A stretch of 64,000 nucleotides of DNA. Origin: Antedon mediterranea. Its lineage: Eukaryota > Animalia > Echinodermata. The notes beneath the pieces are model-generated. The model worked only from the letters and a program-made list of their open reading frames with translations, had not been told where the DNA came from and searched no databases. This document shows, in pieces, positions 37,446 to 49,400 of this stretch. Position 1 is the first letter of the stretch. Each line of letters starts with the position of its first letter. The stretch lies in assembly GCF_964355755.1 (NCBI RefSeq), contig NC_092672.1, positions 28,836,437 to 28,900,436 of the forward strand, in the 5' to 3' direction. The position numbers were made by a program, and so were the translations under genes.

Positions 37446-40400
37446 ATGAGCTTTGAATTTGTCATACCGCTGCATCAATCAGACTTACTAAGAGCATCAG
37501 GAGCCAATCAGTATGTGGTTGAAGACCTTTGTGTTTCCAGGCAAATCACAGATAAAATATTTGGTAGATACATTTATTTATAAACAAATTTAATAATTCA
37601 ATTCATGGTATCTGATTGTTTAATAGATGTTGTATAGTTATTGCACTCAAATCACCCCTTTTACTGCATGTGTCTGTGTTTTTCGTTATAGAATTTATAC
37701 TAATAGTAACAGTGTATATAAAAATAAGTAATTCTGGTTTAGTAATTGTATACCAAATGCCATATTTCATTAATACACAAACATAATAAATAACAGCCTG
37801 AACATGAGACAGGGCACCCCAATATCAAACTACAGTAAATCACTGTTGGGTGGGGAAACGAATGGAAAACCTTTTGACTCAACAGAAAATCTTTTCAATT
37901 TGTTACTTGGCAAAATAGAAAAACTTTTTTTTATTGTAACGATACTGTAGCATCCACGAGTTATCTTTATTTATAATAGCACGCCCTCTGTTGCTTTAAG
38001 TTTCAAGTATTTTGCTTAGTTTCATTTATACCTTGAGTACTAACTTAATGTTTAAACGGAAAAGCTATACAGTAAAGTCCCGAATTGAATATGTAAATTA
38101 ATTGTTTTGACTGTTCACAAATGGTTTAATTAATTAATGTAAATTATTGGTGTTTTTTTAACTTATTCTTTTTTCTGACTCTAGGTTGTAAATCATTGTT
38201 ACGGAATGATGGACCACTTATGTTGCTTGGCAACTTTGATATTTTCTACAGTGTTTTAAGGTACTGACATTTTATTTATCTTAAATTACGCCAGTGCGCC
38301 CTCTCCGGGCAGGCCGTGTTGGTTCGTGATTGCTACGATTCCTGTGCGGTAGTATTGAGTTGTTGAAATATTATTCGCATTACATCTGTCTGTGTGGTCT
38401 GTGGAGTTGTGGCATATAAACTCTCTCAATCTTATTGGTATTACATACACATACCTGTAAATAGATTTATCAACATTTAAAGCTCTGTCTGCACTATCAG
38501 ACTAGTTTTCAAGACAAAAAAAGTGTGATGTGTCCAAATATAGTAGTGATATGACATCATTCTGTCCATATATGGGCACATTCACATTTTTTACTTTTTT
38601 GTTCTTTTAAAAAGATATTTTATACTTTACAAATGGAGTTTGCTTTTTTTCCAGACAATTTAAAGATGTAACTTCTGAGGTGAAGGAGATGGCCTGGGAA
38701 TTTCTTTTAAAAAGTTAGTTTTTTCTTGTTTTCTTTCATAAAAAGATGATCATTAAATCTCACTTTTGACAAGAATGTCAGAAACAAACTAAAGGTCCTA
38801 GCTTCAAATTATCATCAGTACAGAGGTTGCTGGGTAAAACTCGAACCCACAACCTCTGTCACTACCCTGCCAAGCCAATAAAATCTAGGATTAAAAGTCA
38901 AATTTCACTGTCTAATTCAATTCTATTTACAGTGTGCAAACAAGAAACACAAGGGTTAGCAACATATTTAGAGGAGGACCAGCTAGACTCCGTATCGAGA
39001 CAGCGTCACTTGAACTTTCTTAAGATGAACATGTACTTGCTGAGCCAGATGGCTGAGACATTTGAGACAGTATTAACAAGGCCAGCGACCAGTATTGCAT
39101 CAAAAAAAGTAATTATTATTATGCTCTTTCTACACTACCAAACTTTATGTAACAGAATATGTGATATGCCCATCCTATACGGACATGATGATGTCATATC
39201 ACTACCATATTTGGGCATATCACTACCATATTTGGCCATTTCACACATTTTTTGTCAAACTCTATCGGTAGTGTTTGACATAGCTTAAGAGGGTTAAACC
39301 TTAAACCTAATGTTGACTCTACTTCCCAACATACAGTGCACAAGCTCCACCTACTTTGTAAACAAATTCAATCATCTGTGCATAAATAATGGAAAACCTT
39401 AGTATTGTACATACAGTCAAAACATTGACCAAAGGTTATCAAAAGATGGAAGAACTCTTTACATTGGTGCAAATAATGACAAAAATAGTATATTTAAAGT
39501 AAATTATTTTGTTACTGTTTAAATCAAACAATTAAATGAATTCTTCATCTTTAATTATGCAAGTAAAAGGTTTATCAGCGCTAGATAATAAATACATAAT
39601 ATGTGTTGAATGTGTAATATACAGTATACTGTACATTATTTTCATTATGCTATCAAAACAGTATGTTAACATAACAGTTTCATCTGAATTGGATTTTACA
39701 TGTTAGGCTCCCTATTATTAATTTAAATGTGTATTTTCATATAAAAATAATATTTGTTTGATAGCAATATTTTTGTGCGTTTGTTAATTTGGTGTTTGAA
39801 TTTTCTAATCGCAAAGGGTGGTCGTAAGAAAGCTGCAAACGTAGGTTTTGATTGGGAAAACGAGAAAGAGAATTTCATCAGTGTCATTTCTCAACCACTT
39901 CAATTGGATATATATCGTCTCTGGGATCCACCAATTGTAGAAGAGGAGTTTGTTAAGTAAGGACAATATCAAAATTTAATTGTCAATGTCAGAATGTAGT
40001 GTTACTCTTTGTTGAATAACTTTATCATTCTACCAATCACTCAAATTTCTGCTTAATCATTAACGTTCTTAAATATGCTACCTTTTGACTCTTCCTTATT
40101 TTTAGTATAACAAATAGTGCATTCATTTGTTTTGTTTCAATTGCCTTTGAGTTACTTAGTTTCAATGGCCAACCAAAACTAACATAATGAACATTCTTAA
40201 ATGTAAGCATGATGTTCAATTTTACTGTTTATGTACTACTATAGCCCACAAAGCACGCAATATTGGCTAGCCAGTGTACAGTAGTTGCTAGTGACTGCAC
40301 TAATTTCTCTACAACTTTAATAATTAATAGTCATTTATTTCAATTTAACTGTGTATTCAACTGCAGTTTTAGTCATCTGTGCTATATTAGTATGTATGAT

Positions 40401-43400
40401 TAGTTATTGATTGAAATTATTTTTGATTGTAGCCTTGCAGCCAACTGTTGTTACAAATTACTTGAGAACCCTTTGACATGCCGCAACAAACCATGTAAGG
40501 ACGCCATCTTTAATTTGATTGGACTACTAGTGAAACGCTACAACCATACCCTGAGTAAGTATTCATACTTTGTTTAAAATTTAATGAATGAATTTAAATT
40601 AAACATTTTTTGTTTCATAATTTGCCAGAATTGATACTACCATGTCTTTTCTAACTATTAGCAAACGCTACAAGCTAACATAGTTACACCTGAAATACTG
40701 TATATGCAAATTACCTTATGAATATGCAAATTAGTTAGATATAAAATTCACAAAATATGTGTTTGCAAATTTTACTGTACATTTATCGAAATTCATTTAG
40801 CCTTTTCTTTCCACCATTTTAGACCGGAAGATTCATTTATCTGTCGGGGAAAATCATGACACATTACAAGTATTTAAATTTGTTAATCAATATTCACTAT
40901 TTGCATTGTATTTTGTATACAGGTGCTAGTTTGAAGGTTACACAGTTACTACAGCACTTTGAGCATGTATCAGGACCATTGGCAGAAGCTGTAAGCCTCA
41001 TTTGTACCAATTTTGGTGTCAAGAACATTGTTAGTGAAATACTCAGGTATGTACATTTATGCTATTAAACACCAACCTAAATGTACCAATAGATTGTTAG
41101 TTTAAATGAGGTTAGGAGCATTCCTGCCACCAAAGAACTCCACCCCACAGAAAAATGTCACCACAAATGTGGCGTCAATCATACAAAACCCGAACATTTC
41201 TATACTATCACCCTCCACAAAAAGAGAAACACACGGTCATGAATAAATATTCAAATATATATTTTCAGAGAAATCGGCAGCATGGATCCGAAGGATTTAG
41301 CCAGAGACAACAGTGGTACAAGATCTTGCGCAGCATTTCTGGTTGAACTAGCTGAGAGGATTCCTGCCATTATGCTGCCAAGCATGAGTGTCCTGTTGTG
41401 CCATTTAGATGGAGAGGTATGCCACAAGTTTGGGGTCGATGGTACAAGCTTGTGTACCAGATTTATTTTAAGTCAAATTTGTTAAGCCTTGTTTTCCCAT
41501 TGAGAAATAGAGCCACGCTTGTGGTATCTGTAATAGAGTTATTGAATTGTTGAACTTTTGTATATTTTAGTCTTATACAATGAGGAACAGTATGCTGGGT
41601 GTGATTGGAGAGATTGTTCTGCAAGTTCTAAGTGGAGATACATTGGATAAAAAGGCTAAAGATACACGTGATCAGCTCCTTGACAAATTAGAGGTTTGTT
41701 GTTTGAAAAACAAACACACTTTTAGCTGATTTTAGTATGAAAATGTTTGAGAGTTAAAACTTTGGAAAAAAACCACCTATAAATTTGTTTGCATTTGAAT
41801 GCAAAAACAACAGGGGTTATGAATTGTATTTACAATTAACATTAGAAAGAATGCCCTCTCACATACAGGAGTCCCTAGTAACTGTCTGTTTAGATTTCAA
41901 ACACATGTATATCCAAGGTTGACTTGTTGCTGTAAATGAAAGCAGTTGACATCACCTACACGATGTTTTGCCATTATCACTGGCATTCAGTTCTGAATAA
42001 TTCAGAACCATGTTCACAGTTTTGCTGCTTCCCAGCTAAGCGGTCAAACCTGTGATTTACAAACAGTAAACAAAAACAAACGGAAGGAATTAATTAGGAA
42101 ATAAAAAATAAAGATACATATAATAAATAAATTGACGGATGAATTTAAGATAGTTTATAAAAATATGCTAAAATATTTTATTAATAACAATTATTTATTT
42201 ATATTCAATAGGAAGTTGGAAAAGAAGGGGTACTATATTGTACACAATTCTTGGCACAACCTTCTCATGAAACGAACATATGGCAATATATGTTTTAACA
42301 CTAGGGCCATAGAGCTGTTGTAGGCCTAGGTTAGGTTGGCCTACTGTAGCTTAGAGTTGAATGTTCAGGATTCTTTTCTACTCTATTTTATCTTCACAAA
42401 TTTAATTCTTAGGATCATATCCACGATGTCAATGCATTTACTCGCAGTAAAGCTCTTCAGATTTGGCATCGGATGTGCAACAATCAAGCCATACCACTGA
42501 CCAGACAAAGAGATCTGCTACCACTTGTTATTGGCCGCCTTAAGGACAAGTCAAGTGTTGTCCGAAAGAGTGCTGTCCAGTTATTGACCGCTCTTATGGT
42601 CAGCAACCCCTTTGCTGCCAAGGTCTGTGACATAATTTTGTTTCTTTTTATTTTGTATTTGCATCAGAGACAAAATTGAAATTTTTTCTAAATATTAATT
42701 TCTCTGAACTGAAAAAACTGCATGGAAATAGAATTGTGAAATCATATTGTTTTTGTTACAGTTGTCTGTAAAAGAACTTGAAGACAATCTGGATAAGGAG
42801 TCTAAGAAACTAGAAGAAATGATGCCAGAAGAGGGCATACCTGACATCCCAGGTAGGATTTTTTTTTTAATAGAAAACATATGACAGTTTAAACTGTAAC
42901 AGGAGATTTGGAGACTTTCTTTTACACTTTTCGAATAGTGTACACATTTGTACTGCATATACCTGACCAATTGCTTTATATCCTATCCGAAAGATGACAA
43001 AATCTTATAGTATCTTATCTATGGATACAAGCAACAGTTCCATTATCTAGAGAAGATATTTTATACTTTTCGAATAGTGTACACATTTGCATTGTGAGTA
43101 TACATGACAAGTTGCTTTTAATATATATTTTATGTGTTGTACTGTATGTATGTTTTATCGAGGGCCCTGAATGATCAGTTCTATTAGGAACTGGATAGGC
43201 TACCCTCAGTAAATATGGTAATAAATAAATAAATATCCCACCCGAAACATGACGTAATCATATTATTAAAGAATCTTATCTATGGATGCAAGCATTTTTG
43301 CATGAAGTACTGTACCTTTCGCATGCTAGTCTGACATCCATTACGCCACATTTCTCGCACAGTAAAAGGTAAGCAGAAGCTTACATATAGTTTCTTCATT

Positions 43401-46400
43401 GTTGTTCTCAGCTCCAGTTAACACTGTCGATGATTGGGAAGAGATAGAGGCTGAGGTTGTGAAAGCTATTCAAGAAACTACTAATGATGATAGTGAAGAT
43501 ATTGAGAAGATTGAAATACCAGAGAACAAAGACATACACAGGTATATAGCTCTGTCAACACTATCAAACTAGTTTGTCAAAAATAGTGTGAGGTGCCCAA
43601 ATATGGTAGTGATATGTTTAATATAGTAGTGATATGACATCATGTCCATATATGTGCACATCACATTTTTCAGCCAATTCTATTCTATTTCCGAAGTATC
43701 ATAGGAATATTTGGTAATACAACATCACATGTGTTTCACATGTATCTAGAGTAACCTAACCCTTAACCTAACCTTACATGATACAGGCACCACATGTGAT
43801 GCTGTACCAAATATTCCTATGATATAATACTTCAGTAATAGATAATATGTGAAGATACGGTGCAATTTTTGTCACATAAAATTGGATAGTGTACACAGAG
43901 CTTAAAAAAACTGCTTTTTTTCAAGAAGCAAACAAAACAAAGACTTCAATGAGTAAAACAAATAATCTTTTATTAAAAAAACAAATACTTCAATAAAACA
44001 AAACAGCAGTTGGAACAAAGAATTTTAATAATGGTTTTATGTTAGTGAATTCAAAAATAATACACTAGAGCCTCACCAAGCCCCACAATAGTTAATATGC
44101 TAAATAAATAGTTCATAGAGACAAAGTGAGCGATATTTTTATACCTTTTTTATTTGTTTTTATTGCATTTTCTATTGTAATTTAAATTGTACTTTTGTTT
44201 GTGAATACAACATTTTTAGCCATACAGCTACTTATAATGTAAAGTTTTTTATACCTAAATAAATAAAATTATAAATTTTGTGTCACCTACTTCTCCAAAA
44301 TATTTTGTACCTGTGACTTCTCTCAGCCTTAAATTTGTAAAGGTAAAATGCAGTTAGTACACCTTTGGAACCCCACTAAGTGTCACAACATTCATAAAGC
44401 GCCTTATACGTTTATTATTATCACCAAACTAGGCTAATTGTAATCTACACCCTATCGTTTCTGCTTTGCTCCGCCGCATTTGTAGGAAAGATTGCTGCCT
44501 CAGCACACTATTACGCCTGACTACTGTTTCGATCTCCGTACAGCTAACAAGCTTATCAAATTTCTTTGGTACATTTCTACCAAATATAAAATTGCATTAC
44601 CTTTTGTATTCTTTGTCATTTGCAAATAAATATACATTACAATATATAATTTTATTCATACTGTTTAGCATTGTAAGTGAAATTCAAAAACTACTGGAAT
44701 CAAGTGAGTTCGAAAGTGCGTTGAACTTGTTGGATGTTGCTATGGATACCTGGCCAGAACATGCGATGTTCTCCATACCTCAGCCTACAGACAATGAGGA
44801 GTAAGTTTTGACCATTTTGATTTGATCGCCCAAGGCTAGAGGGCGTACTAGGCGACAGCAAAATGAGAGTCCAGAGTGTCTGCTACTGTTTATATGTTTG
44901 ATTTTGAAATATGCAAGATTTATTTTATTGAAATACATTTTTGTAGATGAATTTTCTTAATTAAAATCTATATATTTTTAATACTTTTCGATTACATTAG
45001 GCGGTATTGCGCTCCAACATGTTAGTTTGAATAGGTGTTATGTTTACAGTTTTTCCTATTGACGTTTTTTGTAGTGATATTGCATTGGAAACACACAATA
45101 TGGATACTGATGCAGAAAAAAGATGCAATCTACTAAAATTAATTTTTCTTGGTAAGTATTTATTAGGTTATATGCATTATCTTGCATATAACCTCTTGAT
45201 TCTGTCAGAATCTTTATTTATTTATTTCTTAAACGTGCGATTTAACGAAATCACGTTTGTAATCATATCTTCATAATCATGAATCACTTTTAAACAAAAT
45301 TTGGTACTCTTAAATTTCAGGTCATATTTCATCATATGGCAATACAACAGTGCATATAACGAATGCGTACGCGCGCTTAAAATTTTCAAAATTGTCAAAA
45401 TTGATTTTCGATGAAATTAGAGTACGTTTCAGGCAATTTTAAGCGTTTAAAAAATTGTCATGAGTGCGCAGATTTTTGCACGTGCACTGCGCGTTAAACG
45501 TTAATGTGCACTATTTTTTTCCGATTTCTGTTCTCCAATCTTTCTTTAATATCATCAAATTTTATTCACTTTTCAACGTGAAATTGTGTTTTACAAGCAC
45601 GTCAAAAGTGACAGGCTACGCACATGTAAAGTAAACACAATGGTGAAAATATGCTAAATTTTAAAATTATTATAGATTGTCAGAGTGCTTGGGAACACCT
45701 ATTTTTTATTTCATTTTCTTGAAGTGTATGTATCATATGTATTATTTATTATAAAATTAAGAGAACAAAAGTTGATTAAGTCATCATTAATTGCATATTA
45801 AATTAAAAAAAAATTATTTCGACAATCAAACAAATTATGACATTTTCTTAGGCCAAAATAACAAACTTAACATTAACTTTCTTCCTTCCAAAGTTTATAT
45901 CTTAAAGTTAAAAGTATATAGTTTGACAGTGCATCATTATTTTACATTTTTAAAGATGTCATCATAGTAAAAAATTATAATTCATTGCGGTATGTAATAA
46001 TCTATCTGCACCAAAGTCGTTACTGCACAGTAAATAAACGGAGGAATCTTTCTACAACTTTTAGTGAGTTGTGTATGGCTCGGTGGTCTGTGCTCGTGTC
46101 TATGACACTCAAGGTACCGAGATCGAGTCTCACCTTGGGAAACGAAATAAGATTTTTTTTGTATTATCCGTATTGTTCAATTTTATTTTTTAGTATATAG
46201 ATTATTAAATTAAAATAATTAAAGATTCTGAGAAAATCAATCAATCAATCAATCAATCAATATATCTTTTAAAAATAAATTATCTTTATTTAAATCAATG
46301 CATATAACCTATAATTCGTCATAGTGACGAATTAAATCTAGTTACAAATTGTATTCTGTAGTGCTTAAATTTTGAAAATTGGCATGCAAAACAAAATGAG

Positions 46401-49400
46401 TGCTTTCGAGAGAAATGTCGACAATTACAAAATAAATGTTTAAATTTAATTTTAAAAAAACCATTAGCTTTGTAGGCCTGTGATTTTAATTACCTTTAGC
46501 TATTATACTGTAGTCTTTAAGGCTCTGTCTACACTATAAAACTTTATGTGATAAAAAAGTGTGATGTGCCTAAATAGGGTAGTGATATGCTTAAATATGG
46601 TAGTGATATGACATCATCATGTTCATATATGGGCACATCACATTTTTTTGTCACATAAAGTTTGATAGTGTAGACAGAGCTTAATTGTCTTGACTGATAA
46701 ATAATATATTGTATAATATATTTTTTTTTAATTTGCAGGTAAGCTAGCAGCAACAACGTCCGAGAGTGCTGTTGCAGTAACTGAACCACAGACAGAGAGT
46801 GAGTCCAGTCAAAACTCAAATGTCAATGAACTTACTAAACAACAAATCGTTGTTCAATATTTTAAGGTAAGTAGAACAGTAAATTAATTTATTCCTTCTA
46901 TCTTATACCCCTTTCACATTATCTAACAAAACTCTGGAGTTTAGAAACATATAAAAAACAGGTGTTGACACTCCGGTGCAAAATCAGAACAATATTTATG
47001 ATATAAATTAGGATATTAATATATTTAATTTGTATACGATGAACAAAGAGAATTTATTTTTTCCTCAAAGCTTCATATCATTCATATGTCCATTCTTCGT
47101 AATGAGCAAATAAGCATGTACCATCCTTGAAACAATTGTGTACCAAAATGATAAGATAAAAATTGGCAATCAAAACGTTTGCTAGCTTTCAACAAGTCAG
47201 TATTAGTTTTTGATAAGAGAATTTCGATTATAGTTCATACTGTTTTTTTATTTCTGGGTTACATTAGCCTTTTCACATCACAAATTCCGGAGTTTAACAC
47301 AAACCAGGGCATCAACACCTGTGTTTTGTATGGTGTTTAGGACCCAGCATAGGTGTGTGTAAATTCTTGCTAGGTGATAAGAATAGTACATTATCCAGGT
47401 GTACGTGTAAAGAACCACGTTCACCACCATGATGATGATGTGTGTTATGAGAAAATTTACATATTAAATCAATATGTTAACACACCTTATTAATGACCTG
47501 ATATAAAAAATCTGACAGATATAAACATTTCACACCTTGAGTCCCTTAACCATGTGATTCATTTACTTATTTGATTTTTAGGATTGCGTCGCATTTGCAA
47601 GTCAACTTCAAGATGCTGTTCCCATCATTAGCCAACAGCTAGGCTCCAAGGCTAACACGGATGTGATGGAAGCCATTGCATTCTTTGTTACAGCGTTTGA
47701 GTTTGGCATATCAAATGCAATGCAAGGTGTTCGTAGAATGATGGCTTTGGTTTGGACTAAAGATCAAGGTGTAAAAGATGCAGTGGTAGCAGCTTATAAG
47801 AGGCTGTATCTCAGCCCAAAAGGAGCAAATGCAAGGTGAGTATTTGGGCCTAGACATAACTATAGTAGTTGCTTGTTATGAATGACTTGGTCTCAGTACT
47901 CCTTTTCACATCTTCTCTTCAAGGCATTGCTTATCAAGTATTTTGGTCATAGGCATATTCTATGATGCAGCATTATAATTATGTGAATAGACCCTAACCT
48001 TACCATTACCTTAACCTTCAATGATACAGGTATCACCTGTGAACACAAGATACTGTAATACAGAATTAGCCCATGATACACTGGACAAGATACATCATGA
48101 GGCCTATGGAATAGGCATATGATATTAATGGATAAATAAAAGAAATCAGATACTAACTCAGCTACTGTATTTGGTTGCTAGCACCTGAAGCACTTGCAGT
48201 GGATATATGCACTATATGAATTATTATTATTACAGCATAAGAATAAGGTGGAATTAAAACACATTTGCATTTACAGCAGCATGAGGCAGAGCTCGCCTCG
48301 TCTGAAATTTTTACTACCCACCCCAATTCTCCAGAAGAGATCGTCATATTTTATATTTAATAATTATATTTAAATCATCTTTGCCTTGTCTGTTTTTGTA
48401 TCAATTTACATAAAGTCAATTTGTAAAACTTTTTGTGTTTAATTGCTTTCAGATCTCGCAGCATGGCCATTGTCAACAATCTGACAGCACTTACTGTCGG
48501 TGCCACCATCGGTGAGCTGACATCATTGGAGGAACTTGTTGTACAGTTTGTGAAGAGTGATGATATATCTAAGCAGGTTGTGCAGCTACTGTGGGAGAGG
48601 TTTACGATGAAGCTACCAGGCACCACAGAGGAGGAGAGCAGCGGTGCTATCATTATACTAGGCATGGCTGCAGGGTAATCCAATTTATTTGTTTAAAGCA
48701 TACAACAATTGCTAATTACTGTAGGTGACTGGAATTAAGCTCTGTCTACACTATCAAACTTTATGTTACATCACGTTTTTTTGTGACATAAAGTTTGATT
48801 AAGCAATTTCCTCTCTGTTTCATGTGGTGGCCAACCAGATTTCATTACTTGACAAAAATCTGATCAATTCTTGTCATTTGATTGGATAATTGTGAATCAC
48901 ATGATAAAATAACTGCACTATAGCATCATTCATTATTTGTATATTATTATATTCAAGTGACCATTTAATACTTTTTTCTGTCTATTTTAAGAGCTGATGT
49001 TGACATTGCACGTAGCAATGTCGATGTACTGGTTGGCACGGGTCTTGGTCCCAGAGCAGAGACGGACTTCACACTTGCACGGTACACATGTACAGCTCTT
49101 CTGAAACTTGGTTGTTCTGGAAAGGTAAGAAGGAAATACTTGTTGAAATTGGGTTTACTACACAAGATATATAAGTGTTTGAATATAGCTGATATATTTT
49201 TAATTTTCATATATAGCCAAAGGTCATGACCTCTGAGCAACCATTTAGATTCCCTTCATCTCACGCAATCTTCACAAGACTATCAGATATTTTATTTCAA
49301 GGTAAGGACTAAATTATTATGACTTGCCTTATTATTGTATTAGCAAAATAACTGGCCTAAGGTGGTTCTCAAAGGCTTCTCAGGACCATTTCAGTCATTT

